A stretch of 64,000 bases of DNA. It comes from Selaginella moellendorffii. Lineage: Eukaryota; Plantae; Lycopodiophyta. Of the stretch, positions 10,801-22,159 are shown piece after piece (position 1 is the stretch's first letter; each line of letters opens with the position of its first letter). The position numbers were made by a program, and so were the translations under genes. The notes below the pieces were generated by a model. The model was not told the origin of the DNA, did no database searches, and was given only the letters and a program-made list of their open reading frames with translations. Location: NCBI RefSeq assembly GCF_000143415.4, contig NW_003314288.1, positions 696,642-760,641 on the forward strand. The letters run 5' to 3'.

Positions 10801-11229
10801 GGCAGCTTCAGGGAGCCCGGGAGAAGCTGGTGGACGGATGTTAGCTCAGGAAAAGTGCATTCTTTTTCTGTCGGGGATAGGAGTCACTCACAGAGCGACG
10901 AGATTGCGGCCAAGCTCAAGCAATTGTTGCTGAGAATGAAAGAGGAGGGGTACGCGAGTGCTGTGATCAACGTTCTAAAAGACATACCCGAGGAAGAGAA
11001 AGAGGATCACCTGTGCGGCCACAGTGAGAAGCTTGCGCTGGGGTGTGCCCTGGTGAACTCGCACCAGAAGGAGACCATCAGAATTGTGAAAAATCTCCGA
11101 GTTTGTGATGATTGCCATGCGGCCACTGCTCTCATCTCTAAGCTGGAAAAAAGGCTAATCATCTGCAAAGATGCCAGTCGGGTTCATGTGTTCCAGGATG
11201 GCAGATGTTCCTGTGACAACTACTTTTGA
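7807..11229 (+). CDS. PLS-class PPR-E1-E2-DYW RNA-editing factor (DYW:WW type) with N-terminal OSB-type PDF motif
   Basis: Intact 1140-aa ORF. aa 20-73 match the PDF motif (WxxFF...WWDNR..K....YPDFKH..TGESLW.....PxWV). About 23 P/L/S motifs, then E1/E2, PGRSWWTD box, HSEKLA, CDDCH, ending SCDNYF. Confidence 0.95.
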   Translation: MRAALGFVWCVSFLNNLMEWKTFFRDPTFWWDNRFKKKNKFFSESYPDFKHVSTGESLWIANRKTPTWVSAKLESLADPAVGKATTARYKSPHTPPVAGDEPVSLGRLIHRVRDSAESRSLSLGKQAHEAVLKSDEHKSNIYLLTGLIDMYCKCGELKEARKIFDSMGTRSVASYNAIIQGCGSNGQAELALEYYSALRACTTIQPNDRTHVAVISACSRLATESSEKRERALRIGMEIRSMLSKEKKQLDLFVATCLVDMYCKCGELEEACKIFHSMGTRSVVSYTAIIQGCNTNGRAELALEYYCALRACTTIQPNNRTHVAVISACSTLATESSEKRERALRIGMEIHSMLSKEKKQLDLFVATCLVDMYCKCGELEEARKIFDSMRTRSVVSYNAIIQGCGSNGQAELALEYYSALRACTTIQPNDRTHVAVISACSRLATESSEKRERALRIGMEIHSMLSKEKKQLDLFVATCLVDMYCKCGELEEARKIFHSMGTRSVVSYNAIIQGCGSNGQAELALEYYSALRADNTIQPDDWTHVTVISACSTLATESSEKRERALRIGMEIHSMLSKEKKQLDLFVANCLVDMYCKCGELEEACKIFHSMGTRSVVSYTAIIQGCNTNGRAELALEYYSALRADNTIQPDDRTHVVAISACSTLATESSEKRERALRIGMEIHSMLSKEKKQLDLFVANCMVDMYCKCGELEEARKIFHSMGTRSVVSYTAIIQGCNTNGRAELALEYYSALRADNTIQADACTYTCVLVACGSVMAIKLGREIHQLAKHKGLLKNNPVLGSSLVSFYGKCGDVDSAQEAFDECRARDDTGLWNSLIQAYTLQGRSIEALERFYSMTQEEGCKADDVSFVSVLNACSHGGLVGKGRQLLDEMPKQYGVKPRLEHYVCLIDMLGRANLLDEAVRVLRAMPFEPDAVVWTSLLGACRKWKNYTIGKLAFERLVEMDPKSDTPYALMANIFGNLGMLSERAAVVERKRGEGSFREPGRSWWTDVSSGKVHSFSVGDRSHSQSDEIAAKLKQLLLRMKEEGYASAVINVLKDIPEEEKEDHLCGHSEKLALGCALVNSHQKETIRIVKNLRVCDDCHAATALISKLEKRLIICKDASRVHVFQDGRCSCDNYF
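8251..10086 (+). repeat. About 5.5 tandem copies of a 333-bp unit encoding one S-P-L PPR triplet (31+36+44 aa)
   Basis: DMYCKCGEL recurs at about 8251, 8584, 8917, 9250, 9583 and 9916. Units are near-identical at DNA level. Confidence 0.97.
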
Positions 11230-12019
11230 AAACATGTCAGTGCTCTTTCTTGCAGTTATCCCTGGTTTTAAACCCACCGTGAGTCGAGCAGAAACATGGG
11301 CCGCTGAGTGAGCATGCCTCGTCAAAGTACCGCCGTCAACCTGAACTTCACGGAGAAAAAAATAACATTTAAAAGTTAAAACTATGCAAAAGGAGGATGA
11401 CACGTTGTCTTAAATTTAAATTTCTTTTTGGTAGCAGAATCGGCTGGCAAGTCTTCATACTAGGGCTTATTATCTGAATCTGGGTGCTCTGTTTTGGGGC
11501 ACCTTTTGGCAGGTTTAGTCAGCATTCCTACCCAAACTTGAAGGGGTCATGCGAGACGGCAAGTTTGGCCACACGTATTCATCATGCCGCAAGCCGCCAT
11601 CACCTTGCTCCCAGAACATGAGGCTGCACTTGCTATCAGCAAAGACTTTGGGTTTGTGCTCCTAGAGCACGTTGAAGACGTGTGGAAGCTGGTGATGACA
11701 GCATTTGTTTCTTGCAACATACTCACGAGTTCCTTGGTGACATCTTCCTTCCAGATTTTTTGAGCTTGTCGTGAGTGGTGACCTGCTTGCTCTCTCCTGT
11801 GACGACTTCTTCCAGCCTCTGGTGCCCAACCTCAAGGCTCTCTTGTGGATGGAGCTAGCCCTACACAGTGTGTGTGTGTATCAACCAGCAGATGCACAAA
11901 TTGATGTCGATGCTGGTGCCAATGATGGTGCCGATGGAGTTGCGGAGGTTTGGACCATGGAAGATGTTGTTCACGAGCTGCAAGCCCTTAATAAAAATTA
12001 GCAAGAGATGTAAGACAAG

Positions 12020-14492
12020 ATGTATGGCATGATGGGTACCTTGTGTGAGTGTGTTAAGGCACTCGAGGCTAGTTTTGGTGGCACTCCAAGTAAACATTCC
12101 TTGGTGGATCAATTCAAGATTCCAACCTTTTTCGGTGATGGTGGTGTGGATAAGTGTCTAGCTTGGCCAGCGAATGTGAAAAAGTTTTTGGCTGCTAGAG
12201 GAACTCTAGATGCAGAGGCTTTAATGGCTATTCCAATAGTTTTGTGTGATGCAGGTCTTTGGTGGTGGAATTGGCTTGAGGAGTCTTATGCTGCGAATAA
12301 GAAACCATTAGTGTCTACGATGGATGAGTTTGAGGCTGTTTTCCATTTACTTTTTGCCCCTCACTATGATATGAAGAATACTCACACCGAAGTTTGACAT
12401 TTTCAACAAGGGAAAGACTATATTGAGAAGTTGACTCGCTTGAATAGCCATGTTCCAACAAAGGATTCAGATAAAAAAAAATTCTATTTCATTGATAGCC
12501 TTCATAGTGAGAGCATGTGGCAACACTTGTGTCATTCTTAGCCTACAAAGAGTTTGGAGGAGCTCTTTGATGTTGCTCGTGGACTTAACAATGACAAATA
12601 TAAGTCTCACAAGCATTCGAGGAGTCCTTTTGTTGAGAATCGTCATGATAATCATTGTGAATACAAGAATGTGAAAATATCATAAGTTGAAGTCTATAGT
12701 GGCTACTTTGGGTACACATGGGTCAAAGAAGCAAAAATTCTTTATGAAAAATTATAAACAAAGTTGTCATCATTGTGGCAAGCTGGGACATTACAAGGCT
12801 GATTGTCCATAGTGAAGAGCAAACAACATGGCAACAAGAATGACCAATCTTTTACTAACAGTAAGTCAAATATTAAAAAGTTGCAAACTTTACAGCACAA
12901 GGATGACGGGGACGACCATTCCAGTTGGAGGAAGAGGCTTTTGATTGTTGTTCGTCAACTTAACTGGTGGAACAAGGTCAAGGACACTTGTGCATCAGAT
13001 TTAATGCTGGAGGGCATGTTCTGTGGCAGTCCAATGTGGATTTTACTGGATAGTGGGAGCAATGACAACTTTGTTTCCATAAAGTTTGTTGAGGAGCATA
13101 GCTTGGTGACATGAGGAGTTCTTCCATACATGGTGGAAGGTGCAGCTACCTCTACTTAGCATTTCGATATTTGTGTAGAAAGGTGTAAGCTCATGAGTTC
13201 GAACTTCCCAGGAGGTCACGCAACCCAATACTATTCAAACCCAAGGATGCTTAATCCTAAATATCCCAAGACCTTTAATCAATTGGAAAACAGGGTGCAC
13301 TCTTGTTCATGGGCCCTTTCCCTTTATATTTAAACCCTTATAAATCGCCTCTCAAATCATTCTCTTTGGTTGCTTATAAAAGGTTAGAAGTGTTGGTTGG
13401 CAAAACTACACTTGTGGAGACTTTTTATCTCATGGATCTTCATCATGTGGATCTCATTCTTGGGATGCCATGGTTGGTGAAGGTGGATCCGGAGATAAAG
13501 TGGAGTATTAAGTGTGTCTTGTTGGAGTATGATGGTGTTAAAGATGTATGGTTTGGAGAGGGAGTTCAATCTCTAGTTGTTATGCTCTCCACTACATCTT
13601 TGAAGTGGGCTTATTGTAATGGAAAAGCACTTTTGAGTTACTTGCTATTTGTTCATGACTTAGGGGACTAAGCCATGTGTGGAGGAGAGGCAGCAATGTG
13701 GATTATACTCGAAGAGTTCTCTGATGTTTTACCCTCTAAACTTCCTCATGGATTGCCTCCATTACGAGGTGTGGAACATGGGATTATGTTGGAGCCAAGG
13801 ACACAGCCAATTTACCAATGTCAATTTTAGTTGAGTTATGCTAAAGAGCAAGAAGTTCAATAACAAGTCAAGGAGTTACTTGAGTTTGGATTTATTCAAC
13901 TAAGTAAATCTCCGTTTGGTGCTCTAGTCTTGCTTGTGAAGAAGAAGGACAGTTCAATGAGGATGTGTATTGACTACCGTGCCTTGAACAAGAAGACTGT
14001 GAAGGACAAGATGCTGATGCCGCATGTGGATAATATCTTAGACAAGTTTAGTGAAGCACGAGTGCTTATTAAAATTGATTTGAAGAGTGGATATCATCAG
14101 ACTGCAATGGATGATGCATCTATCTCCAAGATGGCATTCAACATAAGTTTTGAGCATTTTGAGTTTACGGTTATGCTGTTTGGTTTGATGAATGCACCAG
14201 CCATATTTACTCGGTTGATGACAGAGGTCTTTGGGCATTATTTTCATGAGTTTATGGAGATTTTCTTGGATGATATTCTTGTTTTCAGCAAAAATATGGA
14301 GGAGCATAAGATGCATTTGCACAAGGTCCTTTTGTTACTCCATGACAACGTTATGTAAAGAAGAGCAAATGTGAGTTTGCAAAGTCGGAGGTGGAATATC
14401 TAGGCTATATTATGACATCTAAGGGTGTCAAGATGGATCCAAGGAAAGTGGCTATAGTGGAGAATTGGCTTACACCGACTTCAGTGGTTGAG
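12020..14492 (+). mobile_element. Degenerate Ty3/gypsy element, 5' half (gag, zinc knuckle, protease, RT)
   Basis: CHHCGKLGHYKADC about 12765. ILLDSGSNDNF protease. RMCIDYRALNK...KIDLKSGYHQ...FGLMNAPAIF...FLDDILVFS RT. Interrupted at 14493. Confidence 0.9.
13184..13378 (-). mobile_element. Cassandra-like TRIM solo LTR containing a 5S rRNA-derived segment
   Basis: Termini TGTAAGC...GCTTATA and 5-bp TSD AAAGG (13179-13183 and 13379-13383). 13202-13255 is the reverse complement of the 5S rRNA A-box to C-box region. Confidence 0.85.
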
Positions 14493-15399
14493 TGTAGTGC
14501 ATGTGGTTTTGACCCTTTATCCTATGGTGATTTACCATAGGATAACACCATGAAGCAGAACCTAAACCCTTTTTATGCCATGTGTCACACGCCATATGTC
14601 CAAGAATAGTGGTGTGGAACCCGAGTTTCAAAGCCTTGGGCCATTGAACGAAGGTATGAAGCCAAACTCCTAAGCATGAAGCCAAGGAGTGTTGGGGGAA
14701 GGAGGGGTGCCTCCCCCAATATTTGCTCAAACACGAGAAATGCTTCACTATTCTCCACAAAATGCCCCCCCTTGCCCTTGTGGGGCAAGGGTTTTATACA
14801 AGGAAGATGGGGAATATTCTAAAGACCAGAATATTCCCTCTCTCTCTCTCTCACTCTCTCGGTGGCCACACCCTAACTTGTGACCACTGTGGATCGCGCT
14901 TGCTCCAGACGCGTGAGAACCTGCCAAAGAGTGTAGAGTGTACCTCTACTATTGATGCCAAGTGCTGGTAGCTGCGTGAAATAGTAGAAACTCTAGAAAA
15001 CAAAGTGGAAAAGAAAGAAAAGAGGTAGGTGTGAAGTTTAGAGACAGGGAAGAAAACCTAGTGGGAAACCCTGTAGTCAAACTGAACCTTGAAGTTGAAG
15101 AAAAAGTGCAAAAAAAGTGTGAAAAGAAGAGGAAAATTGGAGCATACCGGAAGTCATCAAGAAGTTGCATTTGCATATTACACTTTCTTGAGCTGAAATC
15201 CAGGTATGGGTTAAGTTCTTTGAGTACTCACTCTTTTTCCTCTAGGATTGGCCAAAATCAAGAAAGAAAGAGAGGTAGAAGAGGGGATGCATTGCCCAAG
15301 GGTGGTAAGTGTGGAAATGATGAAAGATGGAGTGATATGGTGGAGTGTCGAGATAGTGATGGCACTCTGAGAAGGTGGCCATCTTTGAAATAAGAGTAA

Positions 15400-18300
15400 T
15401 AAGGGTGAAAATGGAAGGAGACGTAGGCCTCAAGCACACATAACCGTTGACCCATAGAGTAAGCACTGACCTCTTGGAGTAGCCGGTAACCGGTAACTAG
15501 TAACCAGTAACTAGGGACCTGTAACCGGTAACCACCTGCTCTCACTCCTACCCTTGCGCCTGCTCCAACACCGATATGGTGGAGCACCAAGAAGGTGGGC
15601 ATCTCTTAAAGTGTTAGGCTAATGGTCTGATGTGTCAGACTGAAGAAGACAGTAGCTGAAAAGGATGTCATAGTCACTAGGTTGCAAGTAAAGGGAGGTG
15701 GCATGTGTCCACTGAGTGCTGGAGCAGAAGAAAGTGGCTTTGGCTTCTATGGCCTCGCCTAAAGATCCACCTAGGTGCCTTGAGTGAACAGGTTCACCTG
15801 GTTGGAAGAAAGTCACTCCAGAAAAGCTAGTGCGTCATCGGCAAATGGTCGTAAGGATATCTTAGAAATAGCATGTCCAAATGAGGTGGTGTCATTTGTT
15901 GCTGGTGCACGTATATGTGTCCGTGGTATGGTGTAAATGTGACCTCAAACGAAGATGTGAATGATGGTGAAAGAATGAAAGATGCAAGACAAGCATCTAG
16001 AGATAAGTGCAGGCAATGCTGCTGGAAGTGATTGGTGATGGAACTATGAGTGTAGATGATATAAAATGAGTGAGGGGAATGTGTGGGGTGTAGTAATGGT
16101 AAGGTAAGGGCCAAAGAACCTGGAACATAGACCGAGCCAAGCAAGGAACCTCCATACAAATGGCAATGCAGCATGAGCACGAAATCCAAGGCATGGGCCA
16201 TGGTCCAATGGAGAAACACCCCCTGAAAATAAGAAACAGAGCCATGAAAGTAAAGTGAAAGAAAGGAAGAAAAAGAAAAATAAGAGAAGAGGAACACTTC
16301 ACCGGATGAAGCATTTGAGGTGAGAGTGGTTGTGAGCGTGTGGGAGCTCATGTCCATCAGCATCAACTAGCACATATGCTCCACCTCCGATGTGTCACTG
16401 GACAAAGTAGGGGCTGGTCCAGCAAGGGGAGAACTTCAATGGTGGTGTAAACTCCTTGAATAGAACAAAACTGCCATCCTCGAATGGTTTAGTAGACTGC
16501 TGGTGATCAATGATGGACTTAATCTTCTACTTGCCCCAAAGGAGATGTTCAGTCATGGATCATCACTGTTCTTCCAATGCAAGAACCTCCAAGTCACGCG
16601 CATGAAACTTGTCCTCGTCGCTAAGCTGCATTGCTGTTGCATATCAAAGTGAAAGTGAGAGTGATGGCACTTGGATCTCCACTAGAAGCACAGCCTTTGT
16701 CCCATAGACAAGGGAGAATGGGGTCGCGGAGATGGATGTCTTGAAGGACGTTTGAAAGGCCCACAATGCCATAACCAAGTGCTCATGCTAATGCCTTGCT
16801 CCATCACATGCTTCCACCGCATGTGAAAAGTTGGTTAGAACTCTTGGATGGTCACAATCCAAGATAAAGTACAAGGACTATGAACTGGTCATTGTAAAAG
16901 AAAGGTCAGCACAGTAAAACAGACATGGAAATGGATACAGGCTCCAGCAAGAAAGTGACAAAATCGCTCCAAGGTATAAACAATAGCCACCGCTTCTTTT
17001 TCTGCATCCACGTACTTCTTTTCAGTCTCCTTGAACGAATGTGAAGCATAGTATGTTGCATATGGTGGCTTTCCAGGCTGTGAACATTGGCAAAGGCACA
17101 CTCCAAAAGCCTCTATACCCATCGTGATGGGAATTTTGAAAGGAAGTTGTTGTTCTGGTGGTACCAGGGACTCCACGGTAGGAAATTCTGAACTCAAAGA
17201 GCTATAACTTGCATGAAGCACGTCCAATTGGCTTGATTCCTTTTGCTGATTCTGTGTCTGGATGTCATCCTCTGTCTTCAAGAAACGGCATGACAAAATA
17301 CGGTCGGAGTCATCAGCTACTGTGATTTTAGTAAGAAGATGCTGGCTGTATGACACCTCAGATAGTTGCTGAGAAGGATTGAGTTCAGCTGTGTTCTGTG
17401 AAAGATGGGCCTGGTCTAGAGTGATTGTGTCATCAAGCTCCATAAGAGAGAGTTGGTCCCATGTGAGAAACAAATTGAGAAGCCCTTCCTCTATCAAGAA
17501 ACACTCCAAAAAGCTGGATATGGAAGCCTATACCCTATAAGCCCCACCATCAAATAAAGATGTCTCGAGCTATCTGACTTGCCTCCAACCATGTCAATCA
17601 CATTGCAGGGGAAAGCACCTGTCATATAGATGATCGACTCCACCGCCAACTCAAGAAAAACCTCTGTGAGCTCAAGAGGGAAGTGTGGTGCAGAGGCCAT
17701 CTTAGTCTGAGCCTACTAGGCTTGCTGAGAAAGAGCTCTACCATGGTTGTTGAGAAAGGTGGTGCTATGGGCTCCATCGCTAATTGCCATCTTGCCTTGC
17801 GTGCTGTCAATGGTGTAATGGGCTGTGACTTGCCATGAGTGGCCAAGGATGATAGAGTCCTTCAAAGAGGACGTTCCAAGACATTGGTAGTCAACCATGA
17901 GGAAATCTACCTCAGAAATAACATCTTGTATTGAGACCTTGACACCACACCAAATGCCCGCTAGAGGAACGGTGTGGTTGGCGAAGGTCTTGAGCACAAT
18001 GGAAGAGCTCTCAGTGATCTGTAGCTGTGTTGAAAGGGCAGTTTCGAGAGAGATAATATTGCTTCCAAAACCGGAGTCAACCAAAGCATCCATCCTACAA
18101 GAGGAAGTACCAATCTGCACCAAGACAAAGAATGGACCAGGATCTCCACCATATCTTGTCATGTCGACAATATGCACCTCTTGAGGAGTTCTCTTTGAGA
18201 GTGCTCTCTAGTGTTCCTGACCATGCAAACTCCTCTACGTGCTGGCTGAATCCTGGGATAAGACATAACATGTCTTGGAGCGAAAAGGTGACGGGAGTGT

Positions 18301-20110
18301 CAACCAGCTGTTGAAGAACTGGCTCTAGAACAGGAATAGTTGTTGGTGATATCTTAGGAAGAAGAGAGTAATGACTTGAAGGGGAGTTTACAAACCACCC
18401 TCTATGTCACTAGATCTGGTGCCAACAGAGATTCACTCTCAATTGACGCTGGGGGATCTATGGCAGGCTGAGCGGCTGCCTTCTTCTTCGCTTGGGCTCA
18501 AGTGGCTACGGTTTGCTGCTGTTGCCTATAGAGTTCCTAAGCTACCAAAATTGTGTTGACCAATGAGGCTGGTGCCTTGCCTTTGCTTGATGAAGGGGCT
18601 GCTTTAATTGCTTGTCACTCCAACTGCTCTTGATATGTCTCTGGACTTTGAGATGATGTGGAATTATCAGCAAAGGGATGTTGTTGGACACATTGAGAAG
18701 GTGGAGGCCAAAGCTCTGGATGAAGCTTGAAGTAGCACTGCATGTTGTGTGTGTTCGTTTCACAGTGAGTGCACCAACGGGACTTAAATTTGCATTCTCG
18801 AGTTGTAGCGGCCTCTTTCCTGGACTCCACCAGCTCCTGGAGCAATTTGTCATAGTGTGATTGTTGCTAAAGAATGATCTCCTTCAGCTGCCACATCTCA
18901 TTAGCAAAGTTCTCAAGGGCTGGAGGTGTATGCTCAATAGTGATGGGCTTTTGTATGGACGGGCGAATGGCTGTAGAAGGTGACTTTGACGGGGTGATGG
19001 CTTGGTCAAAATCAACTCTAGCAATCCCCAGGTCAACCAAAAGCTCTCTTTCTAGCTTCATGGCAAATGAAAATGCCTCACGGCAAGACCTGAATGTCTT
19101 CTTGAGAAGTTTCCACTGAAAGTTCCCACGCAGACCCGCTGTGAATGCCGTGATCCCTTGTTGCTCATCTTGGACCACTCTACGATCCCAACACTGCTTC
19201 TAGTATGCTCAAAACTGGGTGATGTAGTCAGGAACAGACTCATGAGCACCTTGCCGGAACGAAAAGAGGTCGACAAGTAGCCGATTTGTGGGGTTTTCTT
19301 CAATAAAACATTCTCTAAAAGAAGCAAGTAGTGTCTAGAAGTCTGTCCAGTCTTCTGGGAGAAGAGAATCTGCCTAAGTTGCTGCTTTGCCTTCGAGAGA
19401 CTGCAAGAAGTCACAGCACATACGATCATTGTTGACAATCATGTTTGTGGTGCAGTAGTAATCAAAGCGACTGATATGTGATGCTGGAGAGACTATTCTA
19501 ACACCTGAGAAGGTCAGGAGATCACTCCCCTTCTGCAAAACATGGAGCTGAGGTCGAGCTAAAGGTGGCTGCGCCATAGCTTGTAGATCTAAGTCACTGG
19601 AATCTGCTGAGGATGAAGAGGACTTGGCCCATGAGGGCGCTGTGTCGTACCTAAGCTACCTTTGGATGTGAGAAAGTTTACTCCATACCTTAGGGCCTTG
19701 AGGTATGGTAAAAGGGTGTTAATTTGTCGCACGTCTAGTTTGTACCGGCATCAAATATCTTGAACACTGTAAATGCCCGGCCAAGGAAACTGGGTTGACA
19801 GGAGCAGGAAGACTGTAGACTTGTGCTCAAGCTACTCAAAGTTGCCCAAAATGCCTGTGATGAAGAGAAACAAGGGTGAACTTGGAAGGAGATGTTGGCC
19901 TCAAGCACATAACCATTGACCCATAGGGTGACCACTGGAGTAGCCGTTGGAGTAGCCGGTAACCGGTAACTAGTAACCAGTAACCGGGGACCTATAACCT
20001 ATAATCGGTAACCCCCTACTCTCGCTCCTACTCCTGTGCCTGCTCCAACACCAACTCCTATCCCTGCACCTACTCCTACTGTCCTTATTCCTACACCAAC
20101 TCTTGTTCCC
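15400..20110 (-). mobile_element. Internally deleted gypsy-like element (gag, protease, RNase H, integrase remnant; no RT seen)
   Basis: Gag at 19577-18600. DALVDSGFGSNII protease about 18090. YASHSF.ETEKKY..AEKEAVAIVYTLERF RNase H about 17050. LWAFQTSFKT...TPFSLVYG integrase about 16700-16780. Direct repeats at about 15400-15575 and 19870-20055. Confidence 0.7.
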
Positions 20111-20786
20111 GCTCCTCCTATTCCTGTTCCTATGCCAACCTCTATTCCTTGAAGATTGCTTCGTTCCCAAGGAACTCTCAACAAAGTTTAGCCTGAAAGA
20201 GAAAAATGAGTCCTCTAGTTTCAATCCTTCCCCATTTTGACTGTTGGTGGGCTTGTTGGAAAGGGTTCAGCCCCGTCTACCTTCTATTGCAGGAATTTGG
20301 GAAGAAGCTGCCTCAATATTCCCTAAAATCCAAGAAGAGGTAGCCTAGAATGCCAATATTGTGGAAAAACATGTGCATGTCATTAATGTAGATTGATACT
20401 AAGTCGCCGTTGGTATTTTTAGAAAGCCTAGGACTAGGATTACCTCTAGAGACAAGCGGCATCCAAAACAAAGCCTGGAGAGGCACAAATTCACACTATA
20501 TGAGAAATGCGCTAACTTAAATGAGTTATGGTAACCTTTTTGTCTAATGTGGATGCCCTACCAACTCAGACATCTTCTAGCCGTCACCGACAAGGAAATG
20601 ACTAATGGAGTTAGCCACCCTTGCTGCTTTGGGTGTCACCCAACTTACAAAAGTGTGATACACCATTGCCCACAAGGACATAGAGAGAGAAGCTAGAGGC
20701 CCTAGCCATCCGGACCAACCAAACCAAACCCTTTGGTAAAGTTTAGATAGACTCCTGTAGCCAAGTAATTAGATTTGTTTACCCAG

Positions 20787-21813
20787 TGTAGCACATGGGG
20801 TTTTGTCCCTTTTTCCTAGGGGGATTTCCCATAGGATACCCTTTTGAAGGGGAATTTAAACCCTTTTTATGCCCCATGACCCATGCCCCATTTTTAAAGG
20901 ACAGTGGTGCGGAACCCGAGGTTTATGCCCTTGGGCCCCTGAAAAAAGGAAGGGTGCCAAACTCCAAAGCATGGACCCAAGGAGGGATGGAACCAACCCA
21001 TGGGGCAACTCCAGAGCATCCAGCCCAAGGAGGGAAGGGCCAAGAGCTCAGAGTGACTTAAAATATTTTTGAAATGAAATTTGGGTTTAGACCCAACCCA
21101 GTTCCAAAACAAGGACAGGCCCCCAAGGGGGAGATTTTCCCTCAGGTTATTGGGCCATGCCCGATTTACCCACTATCCCTATTATACATTTGGCACCCTT
21201 TAAAGCCCCCCCTTTCCCCCCCCCCCCCCCCCCCCCCCCCTTGAGGAACACACGCTTTGGGCTTTCATCCTAAGCCTTCTTTAGTATTAAGAGTTAGTCT
21301 CTGGGACAAGCTCAAAATTTATTAAATATGGAATGGTGCTAAATTGCGAATTTGGACACGGGATAAACACCATTGTATTCAAGTCAATCTTTACATTCCG
21401 TAGATATGCCAAATGAAAAAATCTAGACACTTTCCATAAATAACATTTGGGACCGAAATGAGATTAACACAAAGGGCATGATAGCAAGGGTGTTTCACGG
21501 TAAGCTATCATCCAGCGATATTGAGGAACTAGTCTCAGTACGTGAGGGTTCTTGTCAAGCCAGTGCAAGACAAAGCAAAAGAGAACTACCAAGCCGGGCC
21601 GAGTATGCTTAGCTAAATAGACACTTAAGAATTCCTTCTTTATGCTCATCCGGCCAAGTACAGATGCAAAGTCCAGTTTACCAACACTTGAACAAGAGGG
21701 GCTAATAAAGGGTCCAGCAATACCAACCTCTTGCCATCGTGGTAGTAAGGAACGAGTGTCCATAAGGATTGGCCGACAGGTAACTTTCGATACCTGAAGT
21801 CACATTTGCAACA
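20787..21813. mobile_element. Solo LTR related to the 14493 and 24096 LTRs
   Basis: TGTAG...GCAACA termini and extensive similarity to 24096-24552. Contains a 25-nt poly-C run at 21216-21240. Confidence 0.65.
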
Positions 21814-22159
21814 CACGGTCACGCCCTTTCAACGGAATAAGGAACATCAACAAAGAGGTAAGTGATCCCAACTATAGTTGTTTACCACAACTATATTAGC
21901 CAATTTGTTGAGTCAAACACTCATCTGGATCACTTCCTCAACTCAATGAGGAAAACCTTGCACTATTCCCAAGATCCCAAAGTCGTTTTATTATTGGCCC
22001 TTTTCTATCCACCACTGTGTCTACAAGTTCACACATGAACTGTAATGGAGAGCCATGTTTTCCCGACTTGCTACTCCTCAAGGCCCACTCCTCGGACCTT
22101 CCGATGCCAACACCAATGGTGATATACTTGAGCACCAATAAAAGTTGAACTAAGGAACA

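Noticed and set aside
10816-11229. Reverse (U-to-C) editing enzyme
   Set aside because: Has PGxSWW and HSE, not the KPAxA box, altered HAE-type site or GRP/DRH ending of the DYW:KP class.
21216-21240. 25-nt poly-C run as a functional G-quadruplex element
   Set aside because: Lies within a solo LTR, homopolymer length is unreliable, and nothing else supports a function.
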